Of a stretch of 64,000 bases of DNA, positions 52,184-64,000 are shown one piece after another. The number at the start of each line of letters is the position of its first letter. Within the stretch, counting starts at the first letter, position 1. Both the position numbers and the translations under genes were made by a program. The notes beneath the pieces were generated by a model, which saw nothing but the letters and a program-made list of their open reading frames with translations, was not told the DNA's origin and did not search any database. Location: positions 32,001-96,000 of the forward strand of contig JBBQSO010000002.1 in assembly GCA_038213805.1 (NCBI GenBank). Reading direction: 5' to 3'. This DNA is from Planctomycetota bacterium (lineage in GTDB: Bacteria > Planctomycetota > UBA11346).

Positions 52184-52243
52184 GCTCTTCAACGTTGACT
52201 ACGGCCGTCTGTTCATATTAACACAGCCCACTCCGGAGCCGCC

Positions 52244-53239
52244 ATGCCCATCCGCCTTTGCGCCCTGCTGATGCTTTCATGGTTCGCCGCCGGCCTCCAC
52301 GCCGCTGACGCCAAGCCGCTGACCATCGCGGTCATCCCCAAAGGCACCACCCACGAGTTCTGGAAGACCATCCACGCGGGCGCGGTCAAGGCGCAGCGCG
52401 AGCTGGCCGCCGCCGGCCAGCCGGTGAAGATCATCTGGAAGGGTCCGCTCAAAGAGGACGACCGCACCGCGCAGATCGACGTCGTGCAGAACTTCCTCGC
52501 CCAAGGCGTCAGTGGCATCGTGCTCGCGCCGCTCGACAGCAAGGCCCTGGTCGCGCCGGTGAAGGATGCGATGGAGGCGGGCATCCCGACCGTGATCATC
52601 GATTCCGGCCTGAAGTACGACCAGGTCACCAGCTTCATCGCCACCGACAACTACGCTGGTGGCGCCAAGGCGGCGGAGCGCATGGGCGTGGTGCTCGCTG
52701 GCAAGGGCCGCGTGCTGGTCCTGCGCTACATGGTCGGCTCGGCGAGCACCGAGCAGCGCGAGGCGGGCTTCCTGGACACCATCGCCAAGAAGTTCCCGGA
52801 CATCAAGATCGTCTCGAGCGACCAGTACGCCGGCGCCACCCGTGAGCAGGCCCAGACCGCAGCGCAGAATCTGCTCGCCGCGATGAAGGACAAGATCGAC
52901 GCGGTGTTCACCTCGAACGAGTCGGCCTGCGCGGGCATGATCCAGGCGATCAAGTCCTTCAACCTCGACGGCAAGCTCAAGCACATCGGCTTCGACGCCA
53001 GCGAGCCGCTGATCAAGGCGCTCAAGGCCGGTGCAGTGCAGGGCCTGGTGGTGCAGGATCCGTTCAAGATGGGCTATCTGGGCGTGATGACGGTGGTCGC
53101 CAAGCTCCAGGGCAAGACGGTCGAGGCCAAGGTCGACACCCCGGTGCAGCTCGTCACCCCCGAGAACATCACCACGCCCGAGATCCAGGCGCTGATCTCG
53201 CCGCAGCTGACTGACTACATCGACGATGCCGGCAAGTGA
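52244..53239 (+). CDS. Sugar ABC transporter substrate-binding protein (RbsB-like)
   Basis: Signal peptide, AVIPKGTTHEFW, IDSG, ATDN, GFD and VQDPFKMGY. Confidence 0.92.
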   Translation: MPIRLCALLMLSWFAAGLHAADAKPLTIAVIPKGTTHEFWKTIHAGAVKAQRELAAAGQPVKIIWKGPLKEDDRTAQIDVVQNFLAQGVSGIVLAPLDSKALVAPVKDAMEAGIPTVIIDSGLKYDQVTSFIATDNYAGGAKAAERMGVVLAGKGRVLVLRYMVGSASTEQREAGFLDTIAKKFPDIKIVSSDQYAGATREQAQTAAQNLLAAMKDKIDAVFTSNESACAGMIQAIKSFNLDGKLKHIGFDASEPLIKALKAGAVQGLVVQDPFKMGYLGVMTVVAKLQGKTVEAKVDTPVQLVTPENITTPEIQALISPQLTDYIDDAGK

Positions 53240-53272
53240 AGCGCGCGGACGGCGGACGGAGCGCATGCCACG

Positions 53273-54777
<1,505 letters not shown>

Positions 54778-54781
<4 letters not shown>

Positions 54782-55824
54782 TGTCAGTCCCGCAACCCGC
54801 CATGCTGGGCGGGAACACCAGACCGTCGCTGGCGCGCCTGCTCGCCGTGCTCGGCCCGCTGCTCGCCCTGCTGCTGCTGTGGGTCGGCTTCGGCGTCGCC
54901 GTCGCGCTCAACGCCGATGCCGACACCATCAACCGCTGGTCGTTCTTCGGCATCGCCAACCAGAAGCTGATGCTCGAGCAGTCGGCGATCGTCATCGTCG
55001 CGGCCTGCGGCATGACCATGATCATCGTCTCGGGCGGCATCGACCTCAGCGCCGGCTCGGTGATCGCGCTGTCCAGCGTGGTCGCGGCGCTGGCGCTGCG
55101 CGCTGGCTGGGGCCCATGCGCGGCGGTGGGCGCGGCGATCGCCACCGGCGCGGTCGCCGGCGCGATCAACGGCGCGATCGTCAGCTGGGGGCGCCTGGTG
55201 CCCTTCATCGTCACCCTGGGCATGATGGGCGTGGCGCGGGGCCTGGCGAAAGGCTTCGCCGGCAACCAGTCGGTCAACTTCGAGGATGACCACCTCGCCG
55301 TCCTGATGCACACCCCGCGCAGCGGTCCGAACTCGTCACTGTTCGTGCAGGTGCTGGGCGTTGCGCCGGGCGTGTGGATCGCGCTCGGCCTGGTACTGCT
55401 CACCGCGCTGCTGATGTCGCGTACGGTGTTCGGCCGCTACATCTACGCGCTCGGCTCGAACGAGGCGGCGGCGCGGCTGTGCGGCATCTCGGTGCAGCGC
55501 ACCAAGTTCTTCATCTACGCACTTGCCGGCGCCGCCGTCGGCCTGGGCGGCGCGCTCGAGACGGCACGACTGTCGGTCGGCGATCCGAGCACCGCGGCCG
55601 GGCGCGAGCTCGACGTGATCGCCGCGGTGGTGATCGGCGGCGCCTCGCTGGCGGGTGGCACCGGTACGGTGTTCGGCGCGGCGATCGGCGCACTGATCAC
55701 CGCCGTACTGCGCAGCGGCAGCCAGCAGATGGGCTGGCCCACCTACGTGCAGGAGATCATCATCGGCCTGGTGATCGTGCTGGCGGTGGCGGTCGACCGC
55801 CTGCGGCAGCGCCGCCGCGATTGA
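54778..55824 (+). CDS. Sugar ABC transporter permease (RbsC-like)
   Basis: GGIDLSAGS, PFIVTLG, GSNEAAARLCG and ELDVIAAVVIGG. Confidence 0.94.
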
Positions 55825-55840
55825 TGGGACGGGCCGCCGC

Positions 55841-56365
55841 TCACCAACGCGCCGGCCAGCGCGTCGGCCGCACCAGATTGAGATAGACCAGCCCCACCAG
55901 CACGATCAGCAGCGCCCCGAGCGCGGCCGGCACGGCGACGAAGTCCCAGTGCGCGGCGGCGGTGACGGCGATGACCGGGTTCGAGCCGGCGGGCGGGTGG
56001 ACGATGCGCAGCGCCATCATCGCCATGATCGCGGCGCCGGTGGCCAGGGCCACGCTCCACCACGTTGGGCCGAAGAGTTGCACCGCAGCGACGCCGATAG
56101 CGGCCGCGACCACGTGACCGCCGATGACCGCGCGCGGTTGCGAGAAAGGCACATCCGGAAAGCCGAAGACCAGCACGCAACTGGCGCCGAGCGAACCGAG
56201 GATGCAGGGCAGGCCGGTACCGGCCGCCAGACCAGCGACCACAGCGAGAGCGAGCGCGCCGCCGAGGCCGGCGAGCAGGATCTGACGCGCTGGAAGGGCC
56301 GCAGGGCCCGCTGCTCCCGCGCCGCGCCATTTAGCCAGGTAGGAGCCGAGACGGGAATCTGCCAT
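55841..56365 (-). CDS. HPP family membrane protein
   Basis: SLGASCVLVF, PFSQPR and VHPPAG. Confidence 0.92.
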   Translation of the reverse strand: MADSRLGSYLAKWRGAGAAGPAALPARQILLAGLGGALALAVVAGLAAGTGLPCILGSLGASCVLVFGFPDVPFSQPRAVIGGHVVAAAIGVAAVQLFGPTWWSVALATGAAIMAMMALRIVHPPAGSNPVIAVTAAAHWDFVAVPAALGALLIVLVGLVYLNLVRPTRWPARW

Positions 56366-56474
56366 GGCGACCTCGCAGGAGCCGGGGATGGGAAGGAGGA
56401 ATGCGACTGCGTCCGGCAACGACGCCGCGCCACGCCACCAGCGCGGTGGCGTGACGTGGTGACGTGCCCAGCGT

Positions 56475-57023
56475 TCAGGCCTGGCGCGCCGCCAGGGCCG
56501 GCGCCGCCGGGAAGTCGATGGGGGTCTGGGCGAGATTGTTGACCGAATTGGTCAACACGTTCAGGGCGACGTTCAGCACCACTTCGACGATCGCGCCATC
56601 GTCCAGGCCGGCACTGCGCGCCGCGGCGACTTCGGCATCGCTCACGTGGCCGCGCTGGGCGTTGATCGCTCTGGCCAGGGTCACCGCCGCTGCGGCGTAG
56701 ACATCGCTGGCGGTACCCAGGCGGGCGCGCTGGATCTCGTCCGGGGCCAGACCGGCGCCCTTGCCGAGCAGGGTGTGCGCCGCCAGGCAGTAGTCGCAGC
56801 GGTTGTCCTGGGCGACGACCAGGGCGATGCGCTCGCGCACCGCCGCCGGCAGCGCACCCTTGCCGAGCGCGGCGTTCAGGCCGAGGTAGCCCTCGAGGGC
56901 TGCGGGGCTGTTGCCCACGACCTGCATGAGGTTGGGGACCATGCCGAGGGCGCCCTTCACGGCCGCGTAGAGCGGCGTGACGGCGGGGTTGGTGGTGGTG
57001 GTGGGGATGGTGGTCAGGCGCAT
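56475..57023 (-). CDS. AhpD/carboxymuconolactone decarboxylase family peroxidase-related protein
   Basis: LGMVPNL, RERIAL, NRCDYCLAAH and IDFP; AGGAGG SD. Confidence 0.92.
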   Translation of the reverse strand: MRLTTIPTTTTNPAVTPLYAAVKGALGMVPNLMQVVGNSPAALEGYLGLNAALGKGALPAAVRERIALVVAQDNRCDYCLAAHTLLGKGAGLAPDEIQRARLGTASDVYAAAAVTLARAINAQRGHVSDAEVAAARSAGLDDGAIVEVVLNVALNVLTNSVNNLAQTPIDFPAAPALAARQA

Positions 57024-57061
57024 GGGGTCCTCCTGGGACGCGTGGTTATGCTTATCCCATG

Positions 57062-57076
57062 GCGCACCGCGTGCCG
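57062..57076 (-). promoter_or_regulatory. Candidate sigma-54 promoter of the ahpD-like/HPP operon
   Basis: Minus strand CGGCACGCGGTGCGC gives GG-N10-GC; the -12 element is non-canonical; adjacent to a divergent sigma-54 activator gene. Confidence 0.55.
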
Positions 57077-57145
57077 AATCAGATAAAATCCCATATGTTC
57101 AGTTACTTCAATACATTACATAAACAGTCGCAGGCATGCGCGGTA

Positions 57146-57159
57146 TACGATATATCGTA
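57146..57159. promoter_or_regulatory. Perfect palindrome TACGATATATCGTA, candidate activator site
   Basis: In an AT-rich spacer about 70-85 bp upstream of the -24/-12 site; partial copy TACGATATCTC near 57185. Confidence 0.65.
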
Positions 57160-57195
57160 ATTTGCATTTCTTCGTAGATACTCCTACGATATCTC

Positions 57196-58800
<1,605 letters not shown>

Positions 58801-58807
58801 ACCGGGA

Positions 58808-59176
58808 TCAGGGCCTGCGGGCCTTGGGTTTTAAGATGTCCTTCGACTTGCCCTTCTCCTTGCCTTTCTCCTTGCCACTGGCCTTCGGCTTGTCCCTGCC
58901 TGCACCCTTCTTCTTCTCAACCGTGGCGCTGCCGGGCACCCCGCTAACGCCGACCATCGCGCCGAAGATCAGCAGCGACGGACCGGCGATCATCAGGGTC
59001 AGCGCGAGCAGACGCCAGAACACCACTGCCGCGCGCTGCGTCGGCGAGATGGTCAGCACCAGCGCGGTGACCGCACCGTGCAGACGCGCTTCTAGCTGAC
59101 GGTTGAGGTCGATGCCGAAGACCAGGGCGAAGGCACCGCCGGCGACCAGCAGCAGGACCAGCAGGGCGCGCACCAT
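58808..59176 (-). CDS. Small membrane protein with Lys-rich C-terminal tail
   Basis: Two hydrophobic helices followed by KKKGAGRDKPKASGKEKGKEKGK. Confidence 0.6.
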   Translation of the reverse strand: MVRALLVLLLVAGGAFALVFGIDLNRQLEARLHGAVTALVLTISPTQRAAVVFWRLLALTLMIAGPSLLIFGAMVGVSGVPGSATVEKKKGAGRDKPKASGKEKGKEKGKSKDILKPKARRP

Positions 59177-59192
59177 CTGCGGGGCCAGGGCC

Positions 59193-60131
59193 TCAAACGG
59201 TGGCGAGGCGCTGGGCGGTCAGCACGAGGAACACCGGGAACTCCTTGGCGGCGCGGTCCTCGGCACCGAAGCGCGGGCCCTTGGTGCCGCGGCGGTGGCT
59301 GCATAGCTCTTCGCAGGCGATGACCCCGAGCCCGGCCTGGCCGCAGGCATTGAGGTAGGCCTGCAGCGGGCGGTGGAAGCTGGTCGTGCGACTGGCGTCC
59401 TGGGGCTTCCCGGGATGGGTGCGGATGGGCAGCGCCGTCGGTGACAGGTAGCCGTCGAGGCGGCGGTACTGGATGCCGTTGGCCTCGTCGAAGCCCCACG
59501 AGGTGCGGCGCGGGATGCGGAACGCGGGATGGGTCATGACCATGACCGCGCGTCCGCCCGGCTTGAGCAGCGCCGCGACGCCGCCCAGCACCGGCTGGAT
59601 GGGATCGAGGTCCTGCAGCGCCATGACCAGCGCGGCATGATCAAAGCGCGGGCCCTTGACGGTCGCGGCGAGATCGCGCGCGTCGCCCAGCAGGTAGGTC
59701 TCCTGCGCCTGGGCGCGACTGGTCGCGGCCGCGACCAGCGTCGGACTGGCGTCTACGCCGACGGTCAGGACGCCGCGCCCGGCGAGCACGCGCCCGAGCA
59801 CGCCCTGGCCGCTGCACACATCGAGCACGCGCTGCCCCGGTGTGGCGGCGAGCTGGCGCAGCACCGCGGGCAGGATCAGCTCGGTGTAGAAGTCGTCGCC
59901 ACCGGCGCCAAGCAGCTGGTCGTACCAGCCGGCCTGAGCCTCCCAGGCGGTCTCGGCGGCGGGCGGGGTCGGGGCGCGGGCGGGTGCCTGCGGGATCTGG
60001 TCGCGGCGCGCATCGCGGCCGCGGTCATCTGCGCGCGCGGGCCGGGCGTCGGCGGGCCCCGTCGCGCCGGCCGCATCGCGCCGCCGTGGCCGGGGGGCAT
60101 AGTCGCGCTTGGGGAAACGATCGCCGGTCAT
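59193..60131 (-). CDS. Class I SAM-dependent methyltransferase
   Basis: AGWYD, VLDVCSGQG, GVDAS, GDA, LKPGG, THPAF and FHRPL. Confidence 0.9.
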   Translation of the reverse strand: MTGDRFPKRDYAPRPRRRDAAGATGPADARPARADDRGRDARRDQIPQAPARAPTPPAAETAWEAQAGWYDQLLGAGGDDFYTELILPAVLRQLAATPGQRVLDVCSGQGVLGRVLAGRGVLTVGVDASPTLVAAATSRAQAQETYLLGDARDLAATVKGPRFDHAALVMALQDLDPIQPVLGGVAALLKPGGRAVMVMTHPAFRIPRRTSWGFDEANGIQYRRLDGYLSPTALPIRTHPGKPQDASRTTSFHRPLQAYLNACGQAGLGVIACEELCSHRRGTKGPRFGAEDRAAKEFPVFLVLTAQRLATV

Positions 60132-60220
60132 GCCTGCAGCATGCCCCCCGCCAGGGCTCGCACAATCGCCCGGCACGGCACCGGACGCAGCCGCACCCGC
60201 CGTGCGCTGTGCGCTGTGCG

Positions 60221-61711
60221 TCAGGAAATGCGCTCCGCCCGCGACGACTGCAGCAACGCGTCCGCCGCGTGCGCCTGCAGCCACGCGCGCCGCAGCAGCA
60301 GCGCGCCCCCGGCGATCAACGCACCCATGATCGCGGCTTCACGCAGCCCCAGCGGCACCTGCGGGTAGTAGGCGGTCTCGTCCAGGCCGGCGACGGAGAA
60401 GGTGTAGTTGTCCTGGAAGCGGTAGGCGCCGGGCGCCGCGTACCAGGCGGCGGTGGTCACCTGGCCCGGATAGAGCGGATCTTCCGGATCATTCTGAAGC
60501 GGCCGGCAGAAGTCCTTGGTGGTGATCAGGCAGAGCAGGCCGCTGACGACCACCGCGAGCGTCGCGTAGGTCAGCCCACGCTGCGGCCAGCGGCGCGCGA
60601 TCGTCACCGCCAGCGGCGGCAGGCCGACACCGGCGAGCATGATGAAGGCGACATGGTAGCGCAGCGGCGACCACCAGGTGCACTTGAATGCCAGCCACAG
60701 GCACTCCTGCGCGGCCAGGGCCGCAAGCACCGCCAGGGCGACGCGCCGCCACGCGCAGGTCGGGGTGCGGCCGCAGGCGACCAGGGCGGCGATGGCGCAG
60801 GGCAGCCACGGCACGCCCAGCACGACGATCGCGAGACCGCGCAGATTGTGCGGCAGCGAGGCGAGGGTCAGGGCGTTGCAGCCGTCGTCGTAATAGGTGT
60901 AGCCGGAGACCAGCGGGCCGCCGAAGCGGTGCCAATTCATCGCCAGAACCCCCGCCATGGGCAGCGCGGCCGCGCCAAGCAGCAATCCGGCCGCGCGCCA
61001 GCCGGCGCGGCTCCCGCGCCACAGCACCCAGGCCGCGCCGGCGCTCAACACACCCATCCCCGGGGCATTCGCGTTGTGGCACATCGCTGCCATGCCGAAG
61101 GCGAACCCCGCCAACAAGGCCAGACGCAGCGGCGTGCGCCCGTCGGCCAGGGCCAGTGCAACCGCCCACAGGCCGAGCAGCGCGAGCAGGCCCACCACCG
61201 GCTCGACGTAGAACAGGCGGCTATAATAGAGGCCCGAGCCGCTGAGCACGAGCACTAGGCCGCCCCACGTCCCGGCGCTGCGCGGCAGGCGCAGCGCACG
61301 GGCGATGCCGGCCAGCGCCACCGCCGCGCCCGCGGTCGCCAGGGGCGACATCAGCGCCATCAGCCAGCGATGGTGAAAGGCGCCGCCGCTCAGCCATTCC
61401 AGACCGGCTCCGAGCAGCACGAAAGGACCACTGAGGATGGGCAGGCCGATCGAAAAGCGGCTGTAGACCTCGCCGCGCGGGCCGAGGTGCTCCAGGCGCA
61501 TGTCCCAGCGCCCGTCCAGCCACAGCGACTCCGCGTCCTGCGCGTACTCGTAGAGATCGTAGACGCCGAATGGGCCGACGAACCACGCCAGCAGCACCAG
61601 CAGCGTGCCGGCGAAAAGCAGCACGTCGCTGCGCCACGGCGCTGGCGCCCCCGGCAGCGCCAAGACCACGGGCCCAGGCGCCAGGGACGCGGAAGGTGGC
61701 CCGGCGCTCAT
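60221..61711 (-). CDS. Polytopic membrane protein, probable GT-C fold (lipid-carrier-dependent) glycosyltransferase
   Basis: About 11 hydrophobic segments, acidic first loop (YDLYEY), YSRLFYVEP, NWHRFGGP and LRY; coupled to the GT2 gene. Confidence 0.7.
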   Translation of the reverse strand: MSAGPPSASLAPGPVVLALPGAPAPWRSDVLLFAGTLLVLLAWFVGPFGVYDLYEYAQDAESLWLDGRWDMRLEHLGPRGEVYSRFSIGLPILSGPFVLLGAGLEWLSGGAFHHRWLMALMSPLATAGAAVALAGIARALRLPRSAGTWGGLVLVLSGSGLYYSRLFYVEPVVGLLALLGLWAVALALADGRTPLRLALLAGFAFGMAAMCHNANAPGMGVLSAGAAWVLWRGSRAGWRAAGLLLGAAALPMAGVLAMNWHRFGGPLVSGYTYYDDGCNALTLASLPHNLRGLAIVVLGVPWLPCAIAALVACGRTPTCAWRRVALAVLAALAAQECLWLAFKCTWWSPLRYHVAFIMLAGVGLPPLAVTIARRWPQRGLTYATLAVVVSGLLCLITTKDFCRPLQNDPEDPLYPGQVTTAAWYAAPGAYRFQDNYTFSVAGLDETAYYPQVPLGLREAAIMGALIAGGALLLRRAWLQAHAADALLQSSRAERIS

Positions 61712-63150
61712 CGCATCGCCAACCGGCGCGCCGCGAACCACGCCATGCGCAGCAGGATCAGGCCGTGGCGCCAGCGCTGGATGTTGGTCTCGCCATAGAC
61801 CCGCGCGTGGTAGCGCACCGGCACGTCGACCATGCGCAGGTTGAGCTTGGCGGCGCCCAGGATCAGGTCGAAGTCGCCGAAGGGGTCGAAGTCGCCGAAG
61901 AAGGCGCGGCCGGCCTCCAGGCGCAGGTAGTCGGCGCGCGCCAGGGCCTTGGTGCCGCACAGCGTGTCGCCCAGGCGCTGGCCAAGGATCATCGACAGCA
62001 CCGCCGCGAAGAACTTGTTGCCGAGCAAGTTGAAGAAGCGCATCGCGCTGGGCGCGAGCGGGTAGACCAGGCGCACGCCGTTGACGTACTCGCCGCGGCC
62101 GGAGCGCAGCGCCTCGTGGAAGGAGGCAAGGTCCTCGGGCGCCACCGCCATGTCGGCGTCGAGGATCATCAGCAGGTCGCCGGTCGCGGCGGCGAAGCCG
62201 CAACGCACCGCGTCGGCCTTGCCGCGGCCGCTATGGCGCAGCAGCTTCATGCTGCGCTCCGGGTGCTCGGCGATGCAGCGCGCGATCTCCTCGGCGGTGC
62301 CGTCGCTGCTGCCGCCCTCGACGAAGATCAGTTCGGTGCCGGCGCCCATCTCGGGCACGCGCGCGACGATGTCGCGGATGGTGCCGGCCTCATTGCGCGC
62401 CGGCACGATGACGCTGACGCGCTGCGGCGGACGCGGCGTGGCCTGCGGGCGGGCGACGAAGACCTGGGCGATGCCCAGGCCGCGCAGCGGCCACCAGCGG
62501 CCAAGCACGCGGTTGACCAGCGGGGCGAGCAGCGGGATGCCCAGCGGCAGCGGCATTTCGCGCCAGTCGCGCACCACCTCGAAGCCCGACAGGTAGAGCA
62601 GGTTGCGGACATCGCCCGCGGACAGCCAGTTCTGCGCCAGCATCGGCCGCGCCAGGCCGAGGCGGCGCGCGCAGGCCAGCGGCACCTGCCACAGGCGGTT
62701 GAAGCAGGTGATGATCAGGCGCGTGCCGGGATGGCAGTGCGGCTGCAGCCGGCGCAGCACGGTCTCGACGTTCCACAGGTCATCGACCAGGTCGGAAAGC
62801 ACGATGTAGTCGAAGGTGCCGGTCAGCGGCGGATCGTGGGCATCTGCCTGGATGAATTCGAGCTGCGGGTGACGGATACGAGCCTGATCGAGGGCCACCG
62901 CGCTCACATCCAGGCCGACGCCGCGCCGCGGCTTGAGCGCGGCCAGCAGGTCGCCGGTGCCGCAGCCGACCTCCAGCACGGCCATGTCCGGCGGCACCAG
63001 GAACCCATGCAAGGCCTGGAGCTGCCGGTGATAATAACCGCCGAGCGTCCACCGCGGCTTGGCCGCGACGTGGTCCCAATGTTGGACCCGCGTCCGCCGA
63101 TGGTCGGCGCGCAGGCGCTGCGTACCGGTTTCCGTGTCGGACAGCAGCAT
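61708..63150 (-). CDS. Bifunctional methyltransferase-like / GT2 glycosyltransferase
   Basis: VLEVGCGTG (SAM motif I); SVIVPARNE, VEGGSSDGT, ILDAD, DTLCGTK and DPFGDFDL. Confidence 0.92.
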   Translation of the reverse strand: MLLSDTETGTQRLRADHRRTRVQHWDHVAAKPRWTLGGYYHRQLQALHGFLVPPDMAVLEVGCGTGDLLAALKPRRGVGLDVSAVALDQARIRHPQLEFIQADAHDPPLTGTFDYIVLSDLVDDLWNVETVLRRLQPHCHPGTRLIITCFNRLWQVPLACARRLGLARPMLAQNWLSAGDVRNLLYLSGFEVVRDWREMPLPLGIPLLAPLVNRVLGRWWPLRGLGIAQVFVARPQATPRPPQRVSVIVPARNEAGTIRDIVARVPEMGAGTELIFVEGGSSDGTAEEIARCIAEHPERSMKLLRHSGRGKADAVRCGFAAATGDLLMILDADMAVAPEDLASFHEALRSGRGEYVNGVRLVYPLAPSAMRFFNLLGNKFFAAVLSMILGQRLGDTLCGTKALARADYLRLEAGRAFFGDFDPFGDFDLILGAAKLNLRMVDVPVRYHARVYGETNIQRWRHGLILLRMAWFAARRLAMR

Positions 63151-63305
63151 CCCGTCAGCATACCCCGGCATCCGGCATCCCGCACGACCCGGGCGGGTCG
63201 GTAGTGGCACCTGGCGATCCTTGCGGATTGCGGAACTCCCCGTCTCAGGCCATGGATTGCAAGCCGCCACCCCCTTCCCACCATGACCAGCACTAGGCAG
63301 AGCCC

Positions 63306-64000
63306 ATGGACGGTCCCACATTCCTGCTCTTTTACGCCGCGATCGCCGCGGTCCTCCTTGGCCTGTGCCGCTGGCGCAACCGCGCCGCGCCGCCGCGCCT
63401 GACGCCGCTGCGCGAGTTGCCGGCCGACCCGGAACCCTACGAGGTGGCCTGGCTGCGCGGTGGCGGGGCAGAGATCGTGCGCCTGGCGGTTTTCGACCTG
63501 ATGCGCTGCAGCTACCTGGCGATCGAGAAGGCCGGCTCCGCGAGCGGCGGGACGCGCCGCATCGCGCGCATCGCCGAACCCTCGCCCGAGGCCGCGATCT
63601 CGCCCTTCGCGCGCATGACCTGGGCGGCCTGCGCCGTGCCCATGCCGGCCTGGAAGCTGCTGCAAGGCACTCTGCCCAAGCGCATCGATGAACGCTGCCG
63701 GGCTTTGCGCACGCGCTTCGAGGAGCAGGGCCTGGTGATCCGGCCGGCGCTGCGCTTCCAAGGCATTCTCATGACCCTTGCTGCCGTGGCGGCCCTGCTC
63801 GTCCTCGGCTTCTGGCGCATCGAGCGTTCGCTCGCTTCCGGGCACCACAACCTTGGCTTCCTGGCGGCGCTGATGGCGATCAGCATCGTGGTGGCGCTGC
63901 GGGCCACCCTGCCGCCCGCGCGGCTGACCAGCCATGGGCGCGCCTACCTGGCTGGACTGGTGGCGGGCAGGCCGGATGCGCGGACGGCGTCGCCCGCACG
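63306..64000 (+). CDS. TIGR04222-domain membrane protein (runs off the window edge)
   Basis: MDGPTFLLFYA...PYEVAWLRGG...LAVFDL, later LGFL and RLTSHG; frame open to the window end. Confidence 0.8.
   Translation, partial: MDGPTFLLFYAAIAAVLLGLCRWRNRAAPPRLTPLRELPADPEPYEVAWLRGGGAEIVRLAVFDLMRCSYLAIEKAGSASGGTRRIARIAEPSPEAAISPFARMTWAACAVPMPAWKLLQGTLPKRIDERCRALRTRFEEQGLVIRPALRFQGILMTLAAVAALLVLGFWRIERSLASGHHNLGFLAALMAISIVVALRATLPPARLTSHGRAYLAGLVAGRPDARTASPA

Overview
GC-rich (visually about 70%) chromosomal segment of a diderm bacterium. MlaE, a GT9 heptosyltransferase-like gene, a beta-barrel porin and sigma-54 promoters indicate an outer membrane; a Planctomycetota/PVC-like origin is only an impression. 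No rRNA, tRNA, CRISPR, transposase or phage genes were seen. Main blocks: (1) 2.6-13.4 kb, an amino-sugar cluster: NagB fused to a PIG-L/LmbE domain, nucleotidyltransferase, AraC regulator, atypical GHMP kinase, CBM9-like protein, GH20, sugar porter and GH109. (2) 13.6-27 kb, signalling and housekeeping genes (response regulators, hybrid kinase, thiO, mlaE, dapB, HAD, GT9, stand-alone CoaB, scaffold-like protein, PAS kinase). (3) 27-32 kb, three tandem membrane-anchored HEAT-repeat paralogues. (4) trpE. (5) 34.3-48.6 kb, porin, urtABCDE and a urease operon ureD-ureAB(fused)-ureC-ureF-acyltransferase-ureG whose proteins carry plant/fungal-type motifs and which has no ureE. (6) heme-binding protein, ABC exporter and a ribose-type sugar ABC importer. 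(7) a sigma-54 module of Cys-rich GAF activator, AhpD-like protein and HPP protein. (8) methyltransferase and glycosyltransferase genes. Intergenic DNA is rich in nested REP/REPIN-like inverted repeats and 7-8 bp tandem repeats, one of which sits in the urease gamma-beta linker. The best candidates for new biology are the eukaryote-like urease system, the putative NagA-independent HexNAc salvage pathway and the HEAT paralogue array. All calls come from motif reading by eye; no database searches were run.
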